A stretch of DNA of 64,000 nucleotides from Acidobacteriota bacterium (GCA_018000455.1 JAGNJW010000001.1:262311-326310), one strand, 5' to 3'. Shown: positions 48,426 through 56,952, counted from the stretch's first letter. Notes: generated by a model from the sequence alone, not told the origin. Translations and numbers: made by a program.

Positions 48426-48665
48426 CTAGCTGTCGGCGAACCGCCGGGCGCGGCCGCCGGCGATGCTCCGCAGGTCGGCGTCCGAGAGCTTGTCGAGCTC
48501 GTCGACGTCCTCCATCGCGCTGCTCAGGTCGCCGTCCGAGAAAGCGTAGCCCAGTTCCTGAGCCAGGCCCAGCAGGGCGCCCCGCTGCGCGTCCTCAGCC
48601 CTCGTTGCCAACTGCTCGTCGGTTGCGATCTTGACCAGGAACTCTTTCGCGGATTGCACGCTCAT
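48426..48665 (-). CDS. Nif11-like leader peptide / RiPP precursor candidate with double-glycine motif
   Basis: MSVQSAKEFLVKIATDEQLATRAED...LAQELGYAFSDGDL...LSDADLRSIAGG|RARRFADS. The Nif11-type N-terminal helix pattern and the LSxxELxxIxGG consensus are both met. GAGGGGG lies 5 nt upstream of the ATG. Confidence 0.75.
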   Translation of the reverse strand: MSVQSAKEFLVKIATDEQLATRAEDAQRGALLGLAQELGYAFSDGDLSSAMEDVDELDKLSDADLRSIAGGRARRFADS

Positions 48666-48767
48666 GATTCCCCCTCAGGAGCCTATTTGCGTTGCCGACA
48701 GCGACAGGACGCTCGCCAGCCGCATGATGAGCCGAGGGGCAATGCGGTGTCAAACCGACGTCCTGCG

Positions 48768-50282
48768 CTAACTACACATGACGGCCGCGCGATATGTCAT
48801 GAGGCCGCTGAACAACTGTCGATTCAACGCCTTCGGCGAAATCGTGGGCAAGGCATATCCTGCAGCCTCGAATCGCGAACCCTTCAAGAGGCCATAGAGT
48901 TCCAGGATGCAGTCCTTGTGAAACGGCTCCATGATGAATCTGAACAAATCCTGGTGATACTGAGAAGTCTCATGATGACCAGCCGCGTCGGCCAGGACAT
49001 ACAGTTCCTTTTGTGCGCATAGTGTTCGCGGGCGGTCGGTGAGGTATCGAACAAGCCTGTGCTGCAGCCGGATTGCGGTGTCGTCGATGTCACGGCTGCC
49101 CGCGAACGCGCCGAAGTACGCCTGCAGGACTCCATTGAATATGTTGACCGCGCCCGGACCGGACAGGAGGGCCATCAGGTCCTCCGACAACGCGCACAGA
49201 CACAACGATGTCGTCATCTTGACGAGCGCGCTCGAGACGTCCCGGATGACCTGCGGGCCACGCAGATTGTCCGGCAGATCACGCATGTCGAGACAGCTGT
49301 CGAGGTCGGTCTGATACACCCGCTCACTGAATTGGTTGATCAGGAAGTTGGTGGTCACGGACGCATGCCTCGCGACGCCCGCTTCGAGAATCGCGCGAGC
49401 GTTGACCTGGGCAACCTTCTGATAGATCGCCACGAAATTGGCGACCAGGTCCTCGAGATCGCACGCGGGGGACAGGTGTCCTGAGGCGGGCCGCCTGACG
49501 GTCAGCGGCCCATGGCTCAGACGATGCCAGATGAAGCGGATACGCGCGGCCACAGTCGTGGCGTCGGCGTCGTGAGCAAGGAACACGCCCCCCGTCCGCC
49601 TCGTTCTCGTGCCCCGATCGAAACAGTCGAACTCCGGCGTGTCGTGGGTCCCGAACCGCACCGCCAACAGTGCCGCGAGGCCTGCGTCAACCGACGCCAG
49701 TGCCTGCTGGAACCTGTACTCATTCGCGGCGCCCGTTTCTAGCAGTGAGTGCAAGGCCTTCAGCCCGCTCCCCACGACTTGCAGTCTCAAGTGCTCATCG
49801 AGCATCAGGTGGACCCGGGGAAAGTCGGAGTAAGACCTGTCAGGACTGGGCCGGACTTGCTGGAAGCTCGTCTCCGAAAGGGCGGTCAGCCCCTGGATGC
49901 CTTTTGACTTGACGCCCCGTATGCCGCGCTTGGCAAGGCTGCCGGCCTCGGCGGATCGTGAATAGATGGTGCGACCAGCCGCGAGTGGCGTCGAGCAGGG
50001 TTGCGGCTCCGCACAGGAGGCAAAGCGTCCAAGCAGGTCTGCCTCTTCGGGCGTCAGGTCTGGATGTCGATGAGTGATGAGAAAGCGGCGAAGAACACGG
50101 TCCGTCGCAGGAAGAAACTCGGAACGATCGACTGTTTCAACTGACGGGGCAAGAAGGGGACTGGCCACCAGGGCATCGTATCGGAGATCCCGGGGGCTTC
50201 TCCGGCCGGCACCCAGGCGGAACCGATGGCGACAGGGCGTGGGCCCCACCGTATGATCGGCGAGGAGCAGTCCCGTGTCCAA
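48768..50282 (-). CDS. orphan 504-aa protein, no recognisable family
   Basis: Long ORF in a visibly AT-richer stretch with protein-like, largely helical composition. It lies directly upstream of the precursor gene. The TTG start at 50282 overlaps the divergent GT2 start, so the true start is uncertain. Confidence 0.5.
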   Translation of the reverse strand: MDTGLLLADHTVGPTPCRHRFRLGAGRRSPRDLRYDALVASPLLAPSVETVDRSEFLPATDRVLRRFLITHRHPDLTPEEADLLGRFASCAEPQPCSTPLAAGRTIYSRSAEAGSLAKRGIRGVKSKGIQGLTALSETSFQQVRPSPDRSYSDFPRVHLMLDEHLRLQVVGSGLKALHSLLETGAANEYRFQQALASVDAGLAALLAVRFGTHDTPEFDCFDRGTRTRRTGGVFLAHDADATTVAARIRFIWHRLSHGPLTVRRPASGHLSPACDLEDLVANFVAIYQKVAQVNARAILEAGVARHASVTTNFLINQFSERVYQTDLDSCLDMRDLPDNLRGPQVIRDVSSALVKMTTSLCLCALSEDLMALLSGPGAVNIFNGVLQAYFGAFAGSRDIDDTAIRLQHRLVRYLTDRPRTLCAQKELYVLADAAGHHETSQYHQDLFRFIMEPFHKDCILELYGLLKGSRFEAAGYALPTISPKALNRQLFSGLMTYRAAVMCS

Positions 50283-51114
50283 TAGACCGCGCTATAGGGC
50301 CGTGGTGGTGGTGCCCACCTTCAACGCCAGGCACACGATCGGCCAGACGCTCTCTTCCATCGCCGACAGCATTCGCCACTGCGCTTCGACCCGAGGTGGG
50401 GCCGACCGAATCGCCGTGTCGGTGGTCGACGACGCCTCGACCGACGACACGGCGTCGCTCGTCGTGGCCTTCGCCAGGACGTCGCCCTTCGATGTCCTCC
50501 TGACCGCCCTCGAGCAGAACCACGGGCGTGGACACGCGCGCAATCGAGCGGTCGCGGCCGCCGCGGCGGACTGCTACTTCTTCCTTGATCACGACGACGA
50601 GTACCTGCCGTCGCACATCACGGGGTGTCTCGACGCACTCGACGCTGATCCGCGGGCCGATTTCGTCAAGACCGGCGTCCAGCTGTCGGACCCAGTACAC
50701 CCGGACTGGGAACCCCGGATCGCGGCCAGTCTAACGCAGAATCTGTGCATCCGGGCGTACTGCCATGGCCTCGTCGGTGGGTTCCACGAAGAGCCCGAGG
50801 TCGAAGTCTTCGGGTGCGATGACATTCTGTACAATCGCTCGCTGCGCGCGTGTTGCCGTGGCTTGGACACGCCGGCCAGGACGGTCACGTTCAGCCGTCG
50901 GCCGGGCAACTCCTTCGACCGACAGTTCGAGCGGAAGTTCTCGCGGCCGGCGTCAGAAGCGGAGGTGACGTTGTCGCCGAGGCAACTCGAAGTGCGGGCC
51001 CGGGTCTGGGAGATTCACGCGCAGCGGCTGGCAGAGGTGAACGGGCGGCTGCGCCGGATAGCCTCCACGTCGCGCCGCGCGAGCGCGCCCATGGAGGCTC
51101 CCGCGCATGACTGA
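50275..51114 (+). CDS. family 2 glycosyltransferase (GT-A)
   Basis: GTG start with GGAG 7 nt upstream. VVVVPTFNARHTIGQTLSSI, VVDDASTDDT, NHGRGHARN, and FFLDHDDEY (DxD). Confidence 0.85.
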   Translation: MSNRPRYRAVVVVPTFNARHTIGQTLSSIADSIRHCASTRGGADRIAVSVVDDASTDDTASLVVAFARTSPFDVLLTALEQNHGRGHARNRAVAAAAADCYFFLDHDDEYLPSHITGCLDALDADPRADFVKTGVQLSDPVHPDWEPRIAASLTQNLCIRAYCHGLVGGFHEEPEVEVFGCDDILYNRSLRACCRGLDTPARTVTFSRRPGNSFDRQFERKFSRPASEAEVTLSPRQLEVRARVWEIHAQRLAEVNGRLRRIASTSRRASAPMEAPAHD

Positions 51115-51880
51115 CTCCTCGGGCTCCCCCTTCCGGGTCGAGTGTCGGGCCGTTCCGGCTGACGAGCCGGTGCACGTCGATGACGAAGGATGTCGGATCT
51201 ACGCCGTGATGGTGACGGGCAAGACCTCCGCGCGTGCGGGACTCGCCAGGGCGTCGGTCCAGAGTTTTCTTTCGCAGACCTACGGCAACCGTGTCCTGGT
51301 GATTGTCAATGACGGGGCATTCGATCTCCGCGTGCTGGGGCTTCCAGCGGACCGCGTCGTGCACATTCGCCCGGGTGACAGGCAATCACTCGGCCACTTG
51401 AGAAACTGCGGGCTCGACGCCGTCCCGGCCGGGGCCGTCTGGACCTATTGGGACGATGACGACTGGCATCATCCGCGTTTGATGGCCTCGCAGTATCGGG
51501 TGATGTCGCGACTCGGGGTCGAGGCGTGCTTCCTCCGCAATCAGGTCAAGTGCAGCCTCGTGACGAGCACCGCCTTTGTCGATCGTCACCCTGGGGGCTT
51601 TGCGGGCACCTTCATGGGGCATGCCAGTCCGCACTTCCGGTTTCCCGACTTGGGGAAACGCGAGGACTCGGTCTTCACTGCCGCCGTCAAGCACGGCGCG
51701 CGATGGTATCCCTGGAACAACCCGCCCCATTACTATCTGCGGTTCTTCCATCGGGCCAACGTGTGGGACGAGCAGCATTTCGGCTTCGACCGTCGCGAGC
51801 CCGGGACGTGGCAGGTGCCGCGGCAGTCGGCCGAGTATCTCTCGTCCGTCCTGCGGCACTATCCCGGAGTCGCGCCGTGA
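51107..51880 (+). CDS. GT-A-like glycosyltransferase (divergent family 2)
   Basis: YAVMVTGKTSARAGLARASVQSFLSQTYGNRVLVIVNDG, GHLRNCGLDA, and YWDDDDWHHP (DxD). Overlaps the upstream gene by 8 nt. Confidence 0.7.
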   Translation: MTDSSGSPFRVECRAVPADEPVHVDDEGCRIYAVMVTGKTSARAGLARASVQSFLSQTYGNRVLVIVNDGAFDLRVLGLPADRVVHIRPGDRQSLGHLRNCGLDAVPAGAVWTYWDDDDWHHPRLMASQYRVMSRLGVEACFLRNQVKCSLVTSTAFVDRHPGGFAGTFMGHASPHFRFPDLGKREDSVFTAAVKHGARWYPWNNPPHYYLRFFHRANVWDEQHFGFDRREPGTWQVPRQSAEYLSSVLRHYPGVAP

Positions 51881-52506
51881 CCGCGGCCAAGCTCGCGGAG
51901 ATCGCCGTATTTCGCGGGGCGTGTCAGAAGATGCGTGAGCTGACGCCGCTCGTGTCGCTCGTGAAGCGCCGGCGAATCCGATCCGTCCTGGAGATCGGCA
52001 CGCTCAAAGGAGGCACGCTGTGGTTGTGGTGCCAGTTGACCGCCCCCGACGGTACGATCGTGAGCGTCGACTTGCCCGGCGGTGAGTTCGGCGGCGGGTA
52101 CGCCGAGGACGACATCGGCCGGCTGCGCGCCCATGCCAAGCCTGGGCAGTCACTGCATCTGATCCGCGGAGACTCGCACCTGCCGCGCACGTTGGGCGAG
52201 GTCACCGCGGCCCTTTCCGGAAGGTCACTCGATCTGCTGTTTCTCGACGGCGACCATCGCTACGCCGGAGTGAAGCAGGATTTCGAGATGTACGCGCCGT
52301 TGGTGCGGCAGGGGGGCCTGATCGTGATGCACGACATCTTGCCGCACCCCAGGGTCCCGGTCTGTGGTGTGCATCGATTCTGGAATGCGACCAAGAGGCA
52401 CTATCGCCATCGCGAGTTTTCCGAAGCGCACGACGACCGTGGGTGGGGACAATGGGGAGGCCTCGGCGTCATCACCTACACCCCGCAACGGCTCACATCG
52501 TCGTGA
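51877..52506 (+). CDS. class I SAM-dependent methyltransferase (CmcI/Methyltransf_24-like)
   Basis: GTG 51877 overlaps the upstream TGA (GTGA). VLEIGTLKGGTLWLW SAM-binding motif, FLDGDHRY, and GGLIVMHD. Confidence 0.8.
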   Translation: MTAAKLAEIAVFRGACQKMRELTPLVSLVKRRRIRSVLEIGTLKGGTLWLWCQLTAPDGTIVSVDLPGGEFGGGYAEDDIGRLRAHAKPGQSLHLIRGDSHLPRTLGEVTAALSGRSLDLLFLDGDHRYAGVKQDFEMYAPLVRQGGLIVMHDILPHPRVPVCGVHRFWNATKRHYRHREFSEAHDDRGWGQWGGLGVITYTPQRLTSS

Positions 52507-53558
52507 CAAAGACTGCGCGCGCCGGACCGTGGTGTCGACGCGATCGCGCGTCGGTACGACCCCTCCTCGTGGCCAACTATGCCTACGTCCTCGGGGGCGG
52601 CGAGGTCGGCCTTCGCATGTTGGTCGAAGGCCTCACGGCTCGTGGGCTTCGGCCGGTCCTCGCTGTTCCCGGCACGGGGCGACTCTTCGATGAGTTCGAG
52701 CAGCAGTCCATCGCCGAGGAACCGCCCCAGGCCGCGGCTGATCTCCGAGCCCTGGCGGCAGGCTGCCACGTGATCCACACGTTCTCCGCTCGCTGGGCGC
52801 TCGCGGCGGCGCGCGGCATGACCGGCAAGCCGCTGATCCTGCACGCATTGCTGCCGACCCGCTCCAGGGACGATCGCGCGGCGGCCAGCGCAGTGGACCT
52901 CGTCGTGTGCAACTCGCGCGCCACGGCTGCGCGCTTCGATCCTCCCGTGCGTCCCAGGGTCGTCTACAACGGCGTGCGAAGGCCGGAACCGGCGCGGCCG
53001 CCGCTTCACGTCCGTCCGGGGCGGCGCACCATCGGTCTTGTTGGGAATATCTGCCCCAGGAAAGGGCAGTACGACGTCTTGCCGGCGCTCGAGCGCGTGC
53101 TCGAACTCAGGCCCGATATCGACGTGGTCTTTGCCGGCCGTGTCAGCGGAGCGATCGGGCTGGTGCTCAGCGAGCGCGCGGCAACATCGGCAGGCCGCAT
53201 CCGCATGCTCGGATTCGTGCCGGACATCGCCGACCACCTCGCCACGTTGTCGCTCGTCCTCGTGCCCTCTCGATCCGAAGGGTTCGGGCGGGTCGCCGTC
53301 GAAGCCATGCGCGCCGGCACACCCATACTGGCGACGCGCGTCGAAGGCTTGATCGAAGGATTGTCCGGCCTGCGCGATCCGTGGCTGCCTGACGATCGAG
53401 CCCGGTGGGCCGAGCGGATCGTGCAGGAACTGGATGCGCCCTCACATTCCCGGGCAGAGCTCGAAGCGGCCGGTGCCAGATTCGACCCTTCGGCGTACAT
53501 CGAGGCGATCGTGGGTTGTTACGAAGACGTGCTGGGCGGGAGGGCGAACACGGACTAG
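52503..53558 (+). CDS. family 4 glycosyltransferase (GT-B, glycosyl transferases group 1)
   Basis: GTG 52503 overlaps the upstream TGA (GTGA). LLVANYAYVLGGGEVGL, LVGNICPRKGQ, and PSRSEGFGRVAVEAMRAGTPILAT (EX7E). Confidence 0.85.
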   Translation: MTKTARAGPWCRRDRASVRPLLVANYAYVLGGGEVGLRMLVEGLTARGLRPVLAVPGTGRLFDEFEQQSIAEEPPQAAADLRALAAGCHVIHTFSARWALAAARGMTGKPLILHALLPTRSRDDRAAASAVDLVVCNSRATAARFDPPVRPRVVYNGVRRPEPARPPLHVRPGRRTIGLVGNICPRKGQYDVLPALERVLELRPDIDVVFAGRVSGAIGLVLSERAATSAGRIRMLGFVPDIADHLATLSLVLVPSRSEGFGRVAVEAMRAGTPILATRVEGLIEGLSGLRDPWLPDDRARWAERIVQELDAPSHSRAELEAAGARFDPSAYIEAIVGCYEDVLGGRANTD

Positions 53559-53813
53559 CCGTTCCGCGCGAAGTGCCCCGCGAGTAACCACGTCGATGCC
53601 GTGCGCGCATCGGCCGCCTTCCGAGGCAACCGCGAGGTTACTGGCGTCGGTCCCCGTCGTGGAACCACACCACCTCGGATGGACCACCGAGATACGGGCC
53701 TCACCCGTCGCACCGCCACCAATAACAGCGCTCGGACATCGGCGGGCAAGGCGGGGACCTTGACCGTGGCGACCTCCCAGACCTGTTCGACGTCGCGCAG
53801 GTACTTCTTGGAT

Positions 53814-53993
53814 TCAAGCCGCATACACCAACGTCTCGAGGCGCTCGAGCAGGCCAAAGCAGGCGTCCGGTTCCGTCGCGCCGGATCCGAACAGCTCCAG
53901 CCGGCGGACGCCGAATCGGCGGCAGAGGGCGGTCACTTCGGCGTTGTGGCGGGAGGCGAGGTTCACAAGGACTTGCCCGGGAGCGCGGCTTTT
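53814..53993 (-). pseudogene. possible nucleotidyltransferase (MNT-type antitoxin) remnant
   Basis: My own translation gives ...LVNLASRHNAEVTALCRRFGVRRLELFGSGATEPDA... This resembles the N-terminal LFGS motif region of MNT antitoxins but lacks the DxD. The next ORF starts with an overlapping ATG and reads ESKKYLRDVEQVW (weakly DUF86/HepT-like) before degenerating. Confidence 0.3.
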
Positions 53994-54210
53994 TCAGCGG
54001 GCTGAAACTTGGCTCGCCAGAATGCCGATCGACGCGGCTCTGCCGTCGGCATCCGCCGGCCGCTTGCTGAACCATTCAAGGCGATGCGCAGGGAGGGCAG
54101 TCCACCGGCGGTTCCAATTCAGGGTCTTGGCCGATCACGGCCGGGCGCGTAAGATCGGCAACGTGAGGGGGCGCGCGAACGACGTGTCCCGATAGCCACT
54201 GGAGGGACGT

Positions 54211-54804
54211 ATGAAGTGGACAGCAGCGCTCGTGTTCGGGGTGTTCATGGGGGCGATGGCGACGTTGGTCTCCGGTCAGGGCGGCCAGGCCACGCCGCCG
54301 CCGGCGCTCGAACCCGGCGCTTCACCGGCCGACGTCGAGAAGGCGCTTATCGCCGCGCCCGAGAGTCAGCGCGACCAGGCGACGGTCGTCAAGTGGAAGA
54401 AAGACTTCACCTACGACACGCTGCGCAAGGGCACGAACCAACTGATCTGCTACGACCGCTCGGGGTTCCCGCAGCAGCAGCCGTTCTCGATTCAATGCAC
54501 GAGCCTCGCCAACCTCGAGCGCGTGGCTCAGAACATGAAGGCCGAAGCGTCGGGTGATCGCAAGGTGTCGGAGGCCATGCTGTCCGCGATGGAGAAGGAC
54601 GGCACCCGCATCAAGCCGCAATACGGGTCGATGTGGCACAGCGTCGCCGGCAAGGACCGTGAGAGCGCCCAGCGGCATCACCAGATGATCGCGGTACCGG
54701 GTGCGACCACCGAGACGATCGGTCTGCCCGAGAACGGCCGTCAGGGCGGGGCCTGGATCATGAACGCCGGCACCTCGACTGCGCACATCATGATGCCGCG
54801 CTAG
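54211..54804 (+). CDS. exported hypothetical protein
   Basis: GGAGGG 5 nt before the ATG. Signal peptide MKWTAALVFGVFMGAMATLVSGQ. Protein-like composition, no family recognised. Confidence 0.6.
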   Translation: MKWTAALVFGVFMGAMATLVSGQGGQATPPPALEPGASPADVEKALIAAPESQRDQATVVKWKKDFTYDTLRKGTNQLICYDRSGFPQQQPFSIQCTSLANLERVAQNMKAEASGDRKVSEAMLSAMEKDGTRIKPQYGSMWHSVAGKDRESAQRHHQMIAVPGATTETIGLPENGRQGGAWIMNAGTSTAHIMMPR

Positions 54805-54813
54805 GGACCGGCG

Positions 54814-54836
54814 GGCGCGCTGCCTCTCAGCGCGCC
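54814..54836. terminator. stem-loop between convergent genes (candidate bidirectional terminator)
   Basis: GGCGCGCTG-CCTCT-CAGCGCGCC, a 9-bp perfect stem. It overlaps the stop codon of the minus-strand gene. Confidence 0.4.
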
Positions 54837-55816
54837 GGGCCTCGCACCGTGTGACGCGCCAGCACCACGTTGTCGAGCAGCAGGTTGCGCGTCCAGATGA
54901 ACTCGGCGCGGCCGAAGAGCGCCGCGTGTCTCACGTATCCCGGCGTCGAGGTGACGTCGGCCGGTGGGTAGACGGTGGCCGGCACCCAGGAGGCGTCGTC
55001 GAAGCCCGGAGCCGTCCAGGTGCCGGGGATCGCGAAGTGCAGCGCCGAGCACGTCTTCGGATCGGCCAGCCCGCACGGGGCCTTGTTGCCTCCGGGCCGT
55101 TTCTCGGCGGGGCAGGCGGACGAATCGTGGCCGTTGGTCGTCGTGACGCAGGCCGGATCGCCGAGCGGCGCGATGTAGAAGGTCTCCACTTTCCAGTGCG
55201 GGCCGGTGATGGTGCCGTCGGAGAAGTGCGCGATGACGCCGCCGTCGCCGACGTTGTAGCGGTCGTACTCCATCCCGACGCCGAGATGCGTCTCCCAGTC
55301 CACGCCCTTGATGGCGTAGGTGATGGGATATTTCGCCCGGAACCGCACCACGGTGGAGTTGAACGGCGTCATCCCCATGCCGTCCTTGCCGATGAACGTG
55401 CCGTTGACGTACAGCTCGTAGTAGTTGTCGGCGAAGACATAACCGGTGATCTCGACGCCGTCCGGATCCACCACCACCGTTTTCACCTGCGCCAGGTAGT
55501 CGGGCATGTCACCCGGCCCCGTGCAGTCGTTGTAGACGTCCACCGCGGCCGGCCCCGGGTGCACGGCCGCCGGCACGTCCCACCGGCTGCCATCGGCAGC
55601 GGTCACCGTGCCGCACATCTGCGGGCTGAAGTTGACCTTGAGACCCGACGTGCAGGCCGTGACGACGCCGCAGTTCGTGCCATTCACTTCGCCCGTGGTC
55701 ACCGTGCCCCGTGGGGGCTGGCTGGCGACCGCCACCACGTCCCCGGGCACGCCGCCGAACTCCGTCACCGTGGCGAGCAGCGCGAAAGCCAGACCGAATC
55801 CGAACGCAATACGCAT
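54827..55816 (-). CDS. exported hypothetical protein (Cys-rich, beta-sandwich-like)
   Basis: Signal MRIAFGFGLAFALLATV. Segment YVFADNYYELYVNGTFIGKDG is reminiscent of jelly-roll/galactose-binding-like folds. No confident family. Confidence 0.6.
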   Translation of the reverse strand: MRIAFGFGLAFALLATVTEFGGVPGDVVAVASQPPRGTVTTGEVNGTNCGVVTACTSGLKVNFSPQMCGTVTAADGSRWDVPAAVHPGPAAVDVYNDCTGPGDMPDYLAQVKTVVVDPDGVEITGYVFADNYYELYVNGTFIGKDGMGMTPFNSTVVRFRAKYPITYAIKGVDWETHLGVGMEYDRYNVGDGGVIAHFSDGTITGPHWKVETFYIAPLGDPACVTTTNGHDSSACPAEKRPGGNKAPCGLADPKTCSALHFAIPGTWTAPGFDDASWVPATVYPPADVTSTPGYVRHAALFGRAEFIWTRNLLLDNVVLARHTVRGPAR

Positions 55817-55921
55817 GAGACGTTCCCCTGATTGGCTGAAGCTAACCAGCAAGCCTCGACCACAGCATTTCACAGCCCAGGACGACAGCGGAGGTTCAAG
55901 GGGGCCCCACGTCCATGGCGG

Positions 55922-56949
55922 TCAGAGCGAATCGAGGAACCGCAGCAGCTGCTGCTGAGCGGCTTCTGACAGCGCGCGGTAGCGCCGCCGCACCGGATCG
56001 GCCTCGCCCTGGTGGCGTTCGATGGCCGCCTGCCTCGTGAACGACAGGCCGTCGTGCATCAGCCGGTTCCGCGTCCGCAGCCCCCACAGGGGCGCCGTCC
56101 GCATCTTGTTGGCCGTGTCGGCATATTCGGGGTGCGGCAGCACCGGGATGCCGTCGCCAGACCCGATGTCGTGCGAGAGAAAGTCGCTGTACTAGTGGAT
56201 GAGCTTGTTCCCGAGTGCCGGCGGCACGGTGAACGCGCCGCCGTTGATCCTGGTGCCGGTCGGCGCCGTGATGATCGCGGCGACGTGGCAGGTGGCGCAG
56301 CCGATCTGATGGAACACCGCTTCGCCGGCCTCGACCTCCGGCGTGATCGCACCGCGGGACGGTACTTTGGTCGACCGCATGAAGTTCGCAAAGGCCACGA
56401 CATCCACGCCGTCGTCCTCCGGATCGGCGACGGTGTCGTAGACCGACACGTCGCGGCCGCTCGACGTGTTCTCGTCGGGCAGGAGCGGCGAGGTGATGCC
56501 CATCTCGTTCAGATAGGCGTCGGCGGAGAACGATTCCAGGCTGGCATGCTGGTTCTTCCAGCCGAAGCGGCCGATGCGCGTCGCGCCCCCTGATTCGAGC
56601 ACCGGCACGAGCACCACGGTCCCCTGCATCGCACGAGGCTGCTGCCTCTGGAACTCAGTAGCGTGCCGTTGGCAATCGCCTCGATGTAACCGCCTCCCAG
56701 CGTGCTGGTCGACAGACGAAGCGTGCTGATGTTGTCATCGAAGTTCACGAGCTCGAGGATCTCCGGATCCGTCGCGCGTGAGTGCACGAGTGACCCCCCC
56801 AGCGACTCGAAGAACTGGCCGTCGAGCAGGCGGCCCGTGTGATGTTCGGCGACCTGGCTGCCCGCCCCGGTCACCACGTTCTGGTGGCATTCGCGGCAGG
56901 ACTGCGCGTTGTAGGTCGGGCCCAAGCCGTCGGCAATCGTCTCGACTGG
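55922..56949 (-). pseudogene. DUF1111 di-haem oxidoreductase-family gene, 5'-truncated with one frameshift and one in-frame TAG
   Basis: Three collinear pieces. (1) DGLGPTYNAQSCRECH. (2) RIGRFGWKNQHASLESFSADAYLNEMGITSP...GCATCH. (3) YSDFLSHDIG...MRTAPLWGLRTRNRLMHDGLS...FLDSL. There is a frame change near 56630-56650 and a TAG at 56192-56194. Homology begins right after an in-frame TGA at 56950-56952. Confidence 0.8.
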
Positions 56950-56952
56950 TCA

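Noticed and set aside
48768-50282. Kinase-like reading of the orphan protein (RGVKSKG, HASVTTNFLIN, TDLDS as Gly-loop/Lys, catalytic loop and metal-binding motifs).
   Set aside because: The spacing does not match APH or ePK catalytic loops, and the catalytic Asp position is Ser. This is too weak without a profile or structure search.
53555-53857. HepT/DUF86 toxin downstream of the MNT-like fragment.
   Set aside because: Only about 15 residues (KKYLRDVEQVWEV) resemble DUF86. The RNxxxHxY motif is absent in all frames.
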